Shown here in pieces: positions 1-13,369 of a DNA stretch of 64,000 bases (position 1 is its first letter; every line of letters begins with the position of its first letter). The notes below the pieces were generated by a model, which saw only the letters and a program-made list of their open reading frames with translations, did no database searches and was not told where the DNA came from. The position numbers and the translations under genes are program-made. Origin of the DNA: Octopus vulgaris (Eukaryota); NCBI GenBank assembly GCA_951406725.2, contig OX597838.1, positions 14,942,001 through 15,006,000 on the forward strand, given 5' to 3'.

Positions 1-174
1 CACTTGAGTTCGCTATATTTTTTGGCTAAATTGCTTTCAAAAGATGCTGACAATCTTTAGTTGGTCTGGGGGGGGGGGGATGCTGATGATTTTCCCCCAC
101 AATTGTTACATCCAAGCTGTTCATTAAAATGGTTCAAGTTGAGAACAAATAATAACATAAGAAATGCTTAAGTC

Positions 175-401
175 GGCGATCTGGCAGAAACGTTAGCACG
201 CCGGGAGAAATGCGTAGCCGTATTTCGCCTACCGTTACGTTCCGAGTTCAAATTCCGCCGAGGTCGACTTTGCCTTTCATCCCTTTCGGAGTCGATAAAT
301 TAAGTACCAGTTACGCACTGGGGTCGATATAATCGACTTAATCCGTTTGTCTGTCCTTGTTTGTCCCCTCTGTGTTTAGCCCCTTGTGGGTAGTAATGAA
401 A
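175..401 (+). mobile_element. SINE family A, full length
   Basis: tRNA-like head (TGGCAGAAACG...GAGTTCAAATTCC) and central gtcgactttgcctttcatcc.ttcgg.gtcgataaattaagtaccag domain; more than 12 copies in the window. Confidence 0.85.
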
Positions 402-419
402 TATATATATACATACACA

Positions 420-470
<51 letters not shown>

Positions 471-472
<2 letters not shown>

Positions 473-634
473 GACGGGCTTCTTTCAGTTTCTGTCTACC
501 GAATCCACCCACAAGGCTTTGGTCGACCCGAGGCTATTGTAGAAGACATTTGCCCAAGGTGCCACGCAGTGGGACTGAACCCGGAACCATGTGGTTCGTA
601 AGCAAGCCATTTACCACACAGCCACTCCTACGCC
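471..634 (-). mobile_element. SINE family B 5' half (tRNA head plus CORE-like segment)
   Basis: A-box TGGCTGTGTGG, B-box-like GGTTCAGTCCC, CORE-like CACCTTGGGCAA; internal microsatellite. Confidence 0.85.
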
Positions 635-954
635 GCCTATATCAATAAACTATTTTAAGTGTAATAATGCATTCGATATTTTGCGTAGTTATATGAAATA
701 TAAATAACTAAATTTTTAAAGATTTATAACTGGCTAGATATTACGTTTATGGTAACTCAAAGAAGTCTAGACATTAAAAGGAAAATCAATACATATTAAT
801 GTTGAGTGAGATATTTTATTGCAGCGTCCGATATTTACACAAACGTGTTTGGTGTGGAGTTAATAGATTTAAAAGTGTGCACAAGTGTAGGACACTATAT
901 AAGCTGTAATACTTGATTAAAAGGCAGTTTACCTATTAATCTGAAGCGTTCTAT

Positions 955-1205
955 GTCACTGTATCAACCAGACCATCGGATGCTGCAATACATCGCTAGT
1001 CACAATGCGCTTCCAGTTCTTTCTCGATTGCGCCATTCTTTTTACATCTTGACCCAAATCGTTTAACTAAATCGTTTTCCTATCGTCGTGGAGGTGTTCC
1101 CAGTGATTTCCCCCACCCGATCTCTTGGATACCACCCGACAACTTTACGAATCCACTTGTTATCCGCGAACCTTGCAACCTACCCGGCCCAGCGGAACTG
1201 GTGCC
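955..1205 (-). mobile_element. RTE-clade LINE 3' fragment (ORF C-terminus, disrupted)
   Basis: Minus translation QFRWAG*VARFADNKWIRKVVGWYPRD...GTPPRR*ENDL...MAQSRKNWKRIV matches the RTE C-terminal pattern RWAGHV.R..D.RW...V..W.P...GRP..RW.D. Confidence 0.8.
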
Positions 1206-1214
1206 CAGACAAAA

Positions 1215-1561
1215 TTTCCAGCAGCATTTTTTCCGATTCTGAACATTCTGAGTTCAAGTCCCTCTCAGGTCAATTTTACCCTTCATCCTTTTGGAGGTCA
1301 ATGAAATAAGGACCAGCCAAGTACTGCGTTCTATGTAATCGACTTACCGCCTTCTCTCAAAATTGTTGACCTTGTATCAAAAGTCGAAACAATTATTCGT
1401 AGCAGGAGTGGCTGTGTGGTAAATGGCTTGCTTACGAACCACATGGTTCCGGGTTCAGTCCCACTGCGTGGAATCTTGGGCAAGTGTCTTCTACTATAGC
1501 CTCGGGCCGACCAAAGTCTTGTGAGTTGATTTGGTAGACGGAAAGTGAAAGAAGCTCGTCG

Positions 1562-1619
<58 letters not shown>

Positions 1620-1990
1620 TGTGTGTGTGTGTTTGTCCCTCCAAATCGCTTCACAACCGATGTTTGTCCGTACATTCTGCGTTCAAATTCCACCGAGGTC
1701 GACTTTGCCTTCCATCCTTTCAGGATCGATGAATTAAGTACCAGTTGTGTACTGGGGTCAATCTAATCGACTGGCCCCCTCCCCCCAAATTTCAGGCCTT
1801 CTGGCTATAATAGAAAGAGCTGGTAGAGTCGTTTGCAAGCCAGGCAAAAAGCATAGCTGCATTTCGTCCGTATTTACAATGCCACCGGTATCGACTTTGC
1901 TTTTGATAAAATAAGTACCAGTTGAGCACTGGAGTTGATGTAATCGACTATTGCACTCTACCACTGGAATTGTTGACCTCGTGCCAAAAG
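1215..1990 (+). mobile_element. Cluster of SINE A fragments (1215-1395, 1663-1815, 1817-1990) around a SINE B 5' part (1402-1665)
   Basis: Homology to the other copies in the window. Confidence 0.75.
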
Positions 1991-2375
1991 GAAAACAGGA
2001 AAGAAAAGAGGCAAGAGTCTAACTAGATAAAAGAAAAGGAAACTGTTTCATATTGACGGAAGAAAAGACGAGAGATATACCAGAAACTGCTTATAGGTAT
2101 TTTAAAAAGGAAGATTATATCAGGTACCCTTATGAGAAACACGTGAAGTTATAAAAAATAGTTATATATATATGATAATGATATTGTTTTAGAAGAGATC
2201 TGTGGAGTTAGATAACAGATAAGGTATAATTCAATGCCAACCAGAGAAATACGAGGAAAAGAATCTGGATTCTAATAGACGAGATGTCTATTATAACATT
2301 TCATATATTTATATACATAAGGTTCACGTTTTTAAATATATATATAAGCATAGGAAAACATTTGCGGCTAAAAAT

Positions 2376-2439
<64 letters not shown>

Positions 2440-2575
2440 ATTAGTTGTTACGAGCAGGAGAAACAGTGTGAAATGTAAAATAAAGTTGAAACCAAACCTG
2501 TTTTATGCATACATTAGAGCTTTTTGCATGATTTTATTTCATTCCAAAATAGATGACGGGAGAAACAGGTACCAG

Positions 2576-3004
2576 CAGAGCTGGATTAACCATTAAGCGA
2601 AACGAGCACGTGCTTAAGGCATCAATGGAAAGGGGGTGGGTGTAGACAGAGAATTGGTAGATAGTTTACGGTACAAAAGAAATCACTTTAAACTTGCTAA
2701 AATAATATTCGAAGTCGTTTATATGATCAGAAATATAATTTCGAAGTGTTTATCGTGTCATAGTGAAGATCTGATTAAAGACTGCAATTACAAAAAAAAA
2801 AAAAAAAGAGTAACTTTTTCAAATATAAATTAAGTGGAAGTATACAAAAATAAGCATTATTTTCCATCTTAATGTTAGTTTTGTTTCATTTTGAAAAATA
2901 AAAATTCATTTTATGGTTTATTATTGTTTATATTTTGAATTATATATAGGGGCACCAAATTCTTTTAGGTACTTAGAGCCTCTAATGAGTCTTAATCCGG
3001 CCCG
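2576..3004. mobile_element. hAT-like MITE
   Basis: Imperfect TIRs CAGAGCTGGATTA / TAATCCGGCCCG around an AT-rich core; no clean TSD. Confidence 0.55.
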
Positions 3005-3116
3005 CGAATTTTTTTTTTCCCACGAGAGTTCCGGACCTCAGTAATGTACCTGTAACGATAAGTTCGTATATTTCTGGACACACACACACATGCACGCACG
3101 CGCACGCACACAGGTA

Positions 3117-3178
<62 letters not shown>

Positions 3179-3510
3179 AGAAATATACGAACTTATCGCT
3201 ACAGGTACATAGATACACTTACGAATGTACACGGGCAATGACATATTGTATTCATGCACCAATACATACGTGCAAGCCCGTATGGGCTTCCGTAGAAATA
3301 CCGACATCCATACACAGTGAGCTGCATTGTGCAACGCGACACTTTTTGAGAGTATAATGGGAGGTTTGCGGGAAGATTTGACTGTTATTTCTCGCAGCGA
3401 CTGACGGTGACGTAAAAACTCCCTCATTAGCTCAGTGGGAAGTTAGCTGTTGCGAACTGCGAACTTTCTGCATCAAAATTAAAATTTTAAATATGTATGT
3501 TTGTTTGCCT

Positions 3511-3565
<55 letters not shown>

Positions 3566-3749
3566 TGTGTAATGCATGTGTGTGAGAGAGGGGGTTGTGC
3601 GTGTGGAAAAGGTTGGGGTACTATGTATGCATATTGCTAAGAACAAGAGAACTCATTATTGTGTTCAAATTAATATTCATTTTGAGAATTCTAAAGATCA
3701 ATACACCACAGCGGCGGCCATTTTCATCTCTGAATCATTCATGCTGTAG

Positions 3750-4150
3750 ACAATTGCGGAAGCTTGCAGCCCCGTGGGAAGAAGGTTGTCATCAGGCCTA
3801 CGAATTGAAGCGTGTCGAGTACGAGAGACTTCTGCAGGAATGCAGGGAGAAGGAACGGCAGTTATGGCTTTCCAAGTCGATGTTATGGTGGATGTTTAGA
3901 GGCATTTGAATGTGAGAAAAAGAGCGACGCGTGACTGTGCGCAAGATGGGATAGGCAGCAGAAAGAGCCTGTTGCTGGTTATGGAGCAAGAGTGAGAGGA
4001 GCTAAGCTGGAAACCAAGAGGAGATGATGAGCTGTGATTTGGCCACTTCTACTGGCTCACCAACGGGAGGGCGTTACGGTTCAAGATCGAAACATCTGAT
4101 GATCGTTGAATATCGTCTGATGACATCAGCTCTTCTTGGCCAGAGCTCCA
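3750..4150 (+). mobile_element. HERO/NeSL-like non-LTR retrotransposon 3' fragment (restriction-like endonuclease region)
   Basis: LAAPWEEGCHQAYELKRVEYERLLQECREK...RKMG*AAERACCWLWSK resembles the ELTVPWEE..A.ERK..KY..L...C and AERAS.WLW motifs of RLE LINEs; frameshifted. Confidence 0.75.
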
Positions 4151-5608
4151 CTCATTTTGGTGAGTGGGAAAAAAGCACCTTTTTGTAGGTGTTATCAGTA
4201 ACATAAAAATTGAGATTTTCTATGAAGAATATACCAAGCGAAAATTGGGATTGAGAGATTGAGTAATTGAATGTGTATTGAAGGATTGAATGTGGTTGAG
4301 GAGTTGTTGAGGAATAATGGTCGGTGGGTTGATGACAGGTGGAGGTGAATACGTGTATGGTTAAATGGGCGAATGAGTAATTTTTCTGAGTTTTGTGATG
4401 TAGGTGTTTGGTGGGGCTGTGGTGGCATTTGAATGTGTTTTGGTAAACGGGTGTTTGGAAAAAGAGGGGGTGGTCAAGTGAAGAGACAGCATGCCGGGCG
4501 CTGAACTGTAATTAAGATCTGGATGGTGGTAGGGGGAACCATGTGGAGCAGCTGGCTCTAATTGATTTAATTAATGTGTAGACATATGATTGAGAATATG
4601 AATGGACATATGAATAAGAAGCGTGTTAAAAATAAATATGGATGACTGTAAATAATTAAGAATAGCCGAAAATAACTGTGGGGCGGGGTATATTTTTGGT
4701 GCTATTATCTAGTTGTTAATTAGTAAATAAGGACAGTTGCTGGGGTGTTGGTGTAGTGATATTAGGGTGGGGCTGTAAAGGTGTGTGTGTGTGTGTGTGT
4801 GTGTGTTGATTGTTTATGCGGCTGGTGAAATGGGATGTTCTTGTGTATATTTGAATTGGGATTGACATTCACAAACACACGTATTCATATATATAAATAC
4901 CCAAATATATGTATGTGTGTGTATGTGTGTGTGTACGCGCGTGTGTGTGTACGCACGTGTGTGTGTGGGAGTGTGTGTGTGTACACACGTTTGCTTATGG
5001 ATATACATATATATAGATGAGTGAGCGTAAACATATATAAATGCATACGTTCACACACCCATTTTCCTCAACCGATCAATAGACCAATTGAATAAACCTA
5101 CCAGTAATGTACCTATAATGACTACTGGAAACAGCTGTAAGCCAAGTTTGCTCCAATGAAGGAAAAAATATGTAATGACCATTATTTTCAACTTGCTTCT
5201 TATATATATATATATCACCATTTTAATACCAGCAAAAAAGGAAGATATGTATTTGAATTTTTCTTGTTGTATATCAAATTTAAACAGACATTTTTATTCT
5301 GATGTTTAATCTTATATCTCACATTCTGTATTTGACATATACTTGATTTTACATGATTGATTATATATATACTAATTCATATTTAAAATGTAGAATTTAA
5401 AAATTTTAATTCTTAATATTACAAAGTATAATTTTTATTAAGTTTTTATTCTTAATTTTTTATTCTTAATTTCTAATTCGTAATTTTTAATCTTTAATGC
5501 TTAAATAACTGTCTATTTTTAAAGGGATGTAAAATTAGAAATATAATATTTTGAAATAGAACCTGAAAAGATGTTGGAATAATTGTAAATCTGATGATTG
5601 CACATATG

Positions 5609-5650
<42 letters not shown>

Positions 5651-6097
5651 TACAGTTGTGTATATGTATATATATTGTAATCTTCCAATACTGAAACACG
5701 TATAGTTCCTTCATATTTAATAAATATAAGTATTAACTAAAGTATGATATAATTAATGAAGTACATTATATAGCTTGTAATTTAGGCTAAATCCTTTAGG
5801 TATTATTTCGTGATGTACAAACTGATACCATGAGTTTACTGTCAGATGTAATCATTAGGGTATTTTTGTATTATCTGAAATAGAATACCAGAATATCGAT
5901 TAATCCCAGAGAATTGAATACTGACTTTTATCAGATACCTTGTATATTTATAGATATATATATATAAATATACGATAAATAAGACCCCAAAGTACGATAT
6001 GTAGATGCATGTAACACTGTAGGGTTACACCTGATTGATTTGGAAATTTGTTTTCCCAAATTATTTATATATTATAGTATAGTATATATCAGCTTAT

Positions 6098-6360
6098 GTG
6101 GAGGCGCAATGGCCTAGTGGTTAGGGCAGCGGACTCGCGGTCGCAGGATCGCGGTTTCGATTCCCAGACCGGGCGTTGTGAGTGTTTATTGAGCGAAAAC
6201 ACCTAAAAGCACCACGAGGCTCCGGCAGGGGGTGGTGATCCCTGCTGTACTCTTTCACCACTCTTTCTTCTGTCGGCATCATTCGAAGGCTAAAACAATG
6301 CGAACGCATTGTGACCAGCGATGTGTAACTACATCTGATGGTCTGGTCGATCACGTGATA
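6098..6360 (+). mobile_element. SINE family C head with RTE-derived tail
   Basis: tRNA-Arg(TCG)-like head (TGGCCTAGTGG, GTTTCGATTCC). Tail cgcattgtgaccagcgatgtg...catctgatggtctggtcgat matches the 3' end of the RTE at 955-1010. TSD ATATCAG(C/T)TTAT. Confidence 0.85.
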
Positions 6361-6765
6361 TCAGTTTATATTATATATCATGTTATATTTCTTATTTTTC
6401 TCTATATACCTCAATATTTGGTTTAATTTATTTTCTTATCATACTGACTCATCTCACTCTCACACTCTCTCTCGCTCACCCCCTCTATTTCACCCTCTCT
6501 CTCTCTACGAACCTGACGAGTTTAGATTCGTATAATGAGCCTAAGAAACTAAATTGCGTAGAGCCGGATCAAGCTTTTATTAAATGATATATATTTATCG
6601 CTCTAAATTTCATTTTATTTTTTTCCACTTTCATATTATCATGTTCTCCTGTTAATCACTTTCCAGCAAAAAAAAACAAACAACAGCAACAAAAAATTTG
6701 ATATAAATATAAAATATTTGTCCAACCAATTAGAATTATATATATACATATATACACACACGTAC

Positions 6766-6823
<58 letters not shown>

Positions 6824-6830
6824 TTATCTG

Positions 6831-6929
<99 letters not shown>

Positions 6930-6938
6930 CTCTCTCTC

Positions 6939-6971
<33 letters not shown>

Positions 6972-6996
6972 CTCTTTCTCTCTCTTTCTTTCTCTT

Positions 6997-7064
<68 letters not shown>

Positions 7065-7557
7065 CACTTACATATACATACATGTATGTGCATACATAAA
7101 TACATGGAGTTATATAGCTACAGATATAGACATAGACAGACAGACAGATAGATAGATAGAGAGAGAGAAAGAGAGAGAGAGAGAGAGTTAGAGGAGATAG
7201 AGGCGTATATTTATTGGCAGGTACATACAGTTATTATACTTTACATTATTAATTTTCCTATTATGACTCCAATATCTATTATTCATAATGCACTCTTAAA
7301 GAGTTTTGGTTGTGCAGACATTGGACAAATCAAGCCTAACCTTTGAATGAACCTATTTGCTTTCTCCATTGTCGTCTGCTGAGCAGCCAGTCGTCTGCCA
7401 GTCAGTTCGCTTGTATCACTAATACCCTTTGGCAACACAACAACGAACGTCGAAACTACGTAAACGCCATCCACCAAAATGTTTACCATTTCTTCTAAGT
7501 CTCCACCCGCCTCTCTTATTATTATCATTATCATCATCATCATCATCATTATTATCA

Positions 7558-7630
<73 letters not shown>

Positions 7631-7648
7631 TTATTATTATTATTATTA

Positions 7649-7703
<55 letters not shown>

Positions 7704-7746
7704 TTACTATTACTATTATTATTATTATTATTTATTATTATTATTC

Positions 7747-7810
<64 letters not shown>
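6766..7810. repeat. Compound microsatellites (TATC/TC/TA/GATA at 6766-7190; ATT at 7517-7810)
   Basis: Directly visible. Confidence 0.95.
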
Positions 7811-7811
<1 letters not shown>

Positions 7812-7820
7812 GTCAAAGCG

Positions 7821-7962
7821 GGCGAGCTTGCAGAATCGTTAGCACGCTGGACGAAAATGTTTAGCGGTATTTCGCCCGTCACTACGTTCTGGGTTCAAAT
7901 TCCGCCGAGGTCGACTTTGCTTTGCTTTCCACCCTTTCGAGGTCGATAAATTAAGTACCAGT
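7821..7962 (+). mobile_element. SINE family A, 3' truncated
   Basis: ggcgagcttgcagaatcgttagcacg...gtcgataaattaagtacca. Confidence 0.8.
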
Positions 7963-8039
7963 GGAACACTAAAGAAGAATGAGAAGAAGAAGAAGGAGAC
8001 AACAACAGCAATGACATGGCAAAAGAAAAGCAAACCGAA

Positions 8040-8770
8040 ACATGGATCACACCCATATAAGGAGACAGATTAAAGAGGAGGCCCTACTCTAAGAACACGG
8101 CAAAAAACAAACACAAAAACCACAACTACAGCCTAAATTCACAACCGTTACAACAACAATAACAAAAAATAGCAACATCATTGACAACAACTAGAAAACA
8201 CAGAAACAACAAACAACAGAACTGCAAAAACAAAAGATATCTCCAACCGTACGAAAACTGTATCCATCAACTTCACTGTTGTGAACAAAATCAACAGTGA
8301 ATTAATGAGTTTTGTAAATCAAAATAAAAACAACTTTGAGACAAAGGGAGGAGAATTTGAGGATTTCATCCTCAAAATCCCGAAGACGTTTATAAAACAA
8401 TTCGGGAAAAATTTCCATCTAGTGTTGGAATTTAAAAAAAACACAACAGTAGAAAAAGTCTTTTAGAAGTGCCTTTGAGAAAACATTCGCTGGCACAGGT
8501 GTGGAACATTTGGGTTTCTCGAAAATCAAGGCCAGTGACCCCCCCTCTTTTTCTTTCTCTAACGAACATGACAATGCTAAGAGCGGAATGTGTGAATGTA
8601 CGTTCACTAATCCGATCCCTGTAGTCTTTGCGTGCCGGTAAGAACGCGTTCAATTTCCGGCAACCGGCTCCTACCTAAATCGACTGTGCAGATCACAAAT
8701 TTGTGGTCCGTGTAGCCGACCAATTTGAACTGTGAACGACCCAAATACTCTATCTTGTGCCTCCACAAGC
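8040..8770 (+). other. Decayed coding-like segment, possibly a LINE ORF1 relic
   Basis: A/C-rich, broken reading frames with protein-like composition; no diagnostic motif recognised. Confidence 0.25.
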
Positions 8771-8805
8771 AAAAGGATTGGTCAATACTTTTTGTATCGA
8801 AAGCT

Positions 8806-8958
8806 GCGAGCTGGCAGAAACGTCAGCACGACGGGCGACATGGTTAGCAGTATTTCGTCTGTCTTTTATGTTCTGAGTTCAAATTCCGCCGAGGTCGACT
8901 TCTCCTTTCGGAGTCGATAAATTAGGTACTAGTTGCCTACTGAGGTAGATCTAATCGA
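8806..8958 (+). mobile_element. SINE family A
   Basis: Homology; fused tail-to-tail with a SINE B at the shared aatcgac motif. Confidence 0.8.
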
Positions 8959-9109
8959 CCCCAGGACTTATTCTTTGGAAGCCTAGTACTTATTCTATCG
9001 GCCTCTTTTGCCGAACCGCTAAGTTACGGGGACGTAAACACACCAGCATCGGTTGTCAAGCGATGGTGGGGGGACAAACACACACACACATATATATATA
9101 TATATACAT

Positions 9110-9180
<71 letters not shown>

Positions 9181-9329
9181 TACGACCCGCTTCTTTCAGT
9201 TTCCGTCTGCCAAATCCACCCACAAAGCTTTGGTCGGCCCGAGGCTATAGTAGAAGACACTTAGTGGGACTGAACCCGGAACCATGTGGTTGGTAAGCAA
9301 GCTACTTACCACGCAGCCACTCCTACGCC
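8953..9329 (-). mobile_element. SINE family B
   Basis: Homology; internal (TA)n/(CA)n. Confidence 0.85.
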
Positions 9330-9633
9330 TATTTACTAACTTTTACAAAAGAGAGGTCGGTAGTAACTTCGAAGTTTCGGTTTGTTCGCCTTCATTTGAC
9401 AGCCCGATGAAAGCGCGCTCGCGCACTCGCACACACAGTCATCCACACGCACGTTCGCACACGCACACACACACACACGCACACACACACACACATTAGT
9501 ATGAATGTTTTATGCGTGTACATATAAGTATGAATATTAGTAAACGTCAGTTTGGTGTTAAGAGTGGTTGGTTTGCCTGCCTACGTCTACGTACTGCATA
9601 GACATATTTTGGAGAAAAACAGATACAGAGGTG

Positions 9634-9693
<60 letters not shown>

Positions 9694-10344
9694 ACACACG
9701 CATAACACCCATGAAGAAACACGCACATATCCACACATAATTATGCACGTACGTGTACACACGCAAACACACCCTTGCTCATCATACGTACACGCACACA
9801 GATAGACTTATTTACACCTATATACGCACAAAAGGGTAATTTAAAGCTAGGCTTTTGATGTTAGCTTCTATTGCACACTGTTAGTCTAGTCTATTTTTAA
9901 TGAGGGTTTGTGGCTTCGGAATTGTTCGTAGACCAATTGTTGTTTAGTTCTGCGCGTTCGGAGTAAAAACATCAACTAAATTGCTTGAAGCTGTTAAGGG
10001 ATTTCTCTTCTATATTTTTTTTTCTGCCATTTTGTTTTTTGGGGTTTTTTCAATTTTGTAGGGTTTTTTTATTTTTAATTTTTATTTCTATTTATTTTTT
10101 TTTTAGATATTTATTTATTTATTTATATTTTTTTTTAGATATTTTTTTATTTTATTATTTTTGTCTTCTTTAGGGTGAAAACCGAGAGGAAAAAACAGAC
10201 AGAAAGAAGATATGATGAAACGAAAATGTAAAACAATGCCTGAAGTAACACCCAGGTGTCAAATGTTGTCAGTGCGTAGATATATAAAGGTAAACAAAAG
10301 CCGAACTGGTAATATTTGGATACTCCGTTGTTAGTGAGGATGGG

Positions 10345-10720
10345 GAGGAGGAGGAGGAGGAGGAGGAGGAGGAGGAGGAGGAAGAAGAAGAAGAAGAAGA
10401 AGAAGAAGAAGAAGAAGAGGAGGAGGAGGAGGAGGAGGAGGAGAAGAAGAAGACGAAAAAGAAGATGAAGAAGAAGAAAAAGAAAAGGGAGAAAAAGAAA
10501 AAGGAGAAGAAGAAATAGGAGAAGAAGAAGAAGAAGGAGGAGGAGGAGGAGGAGGAGGAGGAGTAGAAGAAGAAGAAGAAGAAGAAGAAGAAGAAGAAGA
10601 AGAAGAAGAAAAAGAAGAAGAAGAAGAAGAAGAAGAAGAAGAAGAAGAAGAAGAAGAAGAAGAAGAAGAACGGAGCAACATCAGTAGCAGAGGGTGGTGG
10701 TGGTGGTGGTGGTGGTGGTG
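10345..10720. repeat. (GAG)/(GAA)/(GGT) trinucleotide tract
   Basis: Directly visible. Confidence 0.95.
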
Positions 10721-12127
10721 GTCTTGGTGTATATAAATATACTCGATGCCGAATAATGGAGAAATTCCGAGTATTTGTCTGCTGCACGCCATCTAATTTT
10801 ACACGTTATGTTACTGCGATGAAAGATGAAGGGATATAAGTATGCAACAGCTCCGTAGACAACCCCATCCCGAAATCATTTCGTTTTTTTCGTTCGTTTT
10901 GTTTGCTCGTTCTCGCTTGCCACTACATTACTCTTTCAAAAACATTCGCTTCAGGTTTGGTCTGGCGCAAAAGGATACAAAAAAAAAACAACCCTCGAAA
11001 GTATTAAAGAGCCGCAATTGAAAATAGTTTTTGCTTTCCCGACCGAACATCGTGCCTCGTCAGTTGCCGGGTATTTGACCTTTTATGTCTTTGAGACATT
11101 TTTTCGATACATATCTCGTGTTCACTTCTGTTTATTTTGTTTGAAATAGCAAGGAATGTTCGTTGCTATTGTCTATTTAAACTAACGAGATACGTTTCTA
11201 ATATTGAATGACAATGATGTGTAAAAGAAAAGAAAAATCTGTTGTGTGTGTGTGTGTGTATTTCACATATGATGAGTTAGCAATCTCGGTCGGAATCTGT
11301 CTTTTCTTTGAAGTCCATATTCTAAAATCACTTGGTGTTCTCCGACGTCTTTCTTTTGAATGAATCTGTGTAAAGACTTCACATACGTTTGTTAAAACGG
11401 ATCCGTGACTTTACCACGACTTTGTAGAAATCAGTTTTCGCGAAGGAAATTGATACTTTACAAAGTTTGTTAGCATTCCCAGTGAAATATATAACATAAC
11501 AACTTTAATTAAATTAAAGTTTTTAATTGGAGTTTGTACTGAATAAATACCGTATCAGCCTCGACTGTTCACTTTAAACCCCTGGATATACCAATATATA
11601 TTGACATAGGCTGGGGTTGTAAGTTTATTTCAGGTTTTCTCATTAGCTTTCGAGATAAACGCGCTGACATGTCAAATTTAGAAGATTGCTAAGATTGCAA
11701 TTTAGCCAAATTTAGTCATTTGATATTTTTAACGAACGCAATTTATTAATTAAGTAATTAGCATAAATTAAATTATAGTGATTAAAGTATAACTTTCTAC
11801 GTTATTTACTCGACCACAACAAGGCGTTCGTTCTTGGAGTTGTTTAACCCGGGTAAGTTCTGATCCTGTAACACCTGAGATCAAAGTCACATTTTTATCT
11901 TTATATTCTACACTGAGTATCTAAAACACCATGTCCAAATGTATCCTTCTTTTAAAGACAGTAGCGTGTGTGTGTATCGTATACGTGTGCTATGTGTGTG
12001 ATGGGCGTGTGATTTGGGACAGATTTGGGTACTATTTCTAGCAGGTTGAGCGACCACATGAACGTTCCCGGTGAAGATTACCCCTGTTTCATATTACTTT
12101 ATGTTCAGATGGCTCCTCCTTCATATT

Positions 12128-12340
12128 AGTTTCAAATGTTGACTCCAGGCAAGTAATTCCGTGGGAGAGGTTAAGTCGACTACATCGACCCCAGGACTCA
12201 ACTGGTACTTATTTTATCGACACCGAAGGGATGAAAGTGCAAAGTCAGCCACGGTGGCATTTGAACTCAGAACATAAAGACCGACGAAATGCCGCTAAGC
12301 ACTTCGTCCGACGTCCTAACGATTCTGCCAGCTCGCTGCC
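12128..12340 (-). mobile_element. SINE family A
   Basis: Reverse-complement homology. Confidence 0.75.
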
Positions 12341-12390
12341 TTAATAATGGTATCTTTTATCTTTTATCGTTTTCTTGTTTTAGTCATGTA

Positions 12391-12486
<96 letters not shown>

Positions 12487-12834
12487 TTAAGATCCGTTGA
12501 ATTAGGTACTTAAATTGAGGTACCTTACTAGCTTGGTGACACCTGTACATCTTTGTTACTCATATATATATAACTAGTTATATATATATAACTCTCACTA
12601 TATATATATGTATATACGTATGTATACACACACACAAATATATATTTATACTTGTATACATATATGTGGGCGGGGGGTGCCGGTGTGTGTATTTATTATC
12701 GTAAAATATCTAAAATAATTACATATATACCCAAAATATTTAAAGCGATTATACATAGATTCAGTCTGAGTAGAAACGAGTAGATTCGGCCTCAATTTCA
12801 ATGAAATGTCTGTGTGTCATATAAGGAAGGTCTC

Positions 12835-13362
12835 AGGAGCTGCCCGAATAATGCAAAGATGTGTGGCAATTTTGGGGGAGGAATTACTGTTGTTTTATCA
12901 GGGGACTTCCAACAAACTTTACCTGTGACATGAAGGGGAACTCGCGCAGATCAAATAAAGGCTTGCCTAAAGTCGTCAAATTTATGGCTATGCATCACCA
13001 AACTCAAGTTAAGAACAAACATGCGGGCACAAGTTTACGGTGACAACGTTTCTGCAGAGTTTGTTTGAAACCTTCTAAAACTTAGACAAAATAGCCCTTG
13101 ATACTGAAGGGTGTTTTGATCCCTCATCATTTTGTACTATTGTGGAAAGCATTGATACTTTTATTCGTCAAGTGTTCCCAAATTTCGAAATTTACCATCT
13201 CAACGAGAATTGGCTGCGTGAAAGGGCAATCCTAGTCCCCGAAAGCATTATAGTAAATGTCACCAAGAAAAATCTCTGGACCTTACGATAGATGCCCGTA
13301 TGTGCCTGTTGAATACATATCAACACCGTACAGTATGGGTCGAAGGCCCGGAAGCCCGCTAG
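12835..13362 (+). mobile_element. Helitron deletion derivative: PIF1-like helicase fragment plus 3' terminus
   Basis: FGGGITVVLSGDFQQTLPVT*RGTRADQIKACLKSSNLW...LRTNMRA and VFPN...WLRERAILVP (PIF1-family motifs, with stops). Hairpin GGGTC-gaa-GGCCC, then CTAG|T at 13359-13363. Confidence 0.85.
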
Positions 13363-13369
13363 TATTTTT

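Noticed and set aside
4085-4120. GAAAC...CTGATGA...CTGATGA in the HERO-like 3' UTR as a hammerhead
   Set aside because: Stems I-III with a UH cleavage site cannot be formed.
7283-7515. Minus ORF REAGGDLEEMVNILVDG...
   Set aside because: Starts in a microsatellite, with no splice sites or family motif.
11020-11068. Minus-strand CUGACGA...GAAA-G-caaaaa-C-UA
   Set aside because: Stem I is only 2 bp and stem II is misregistered; compatible with chance.
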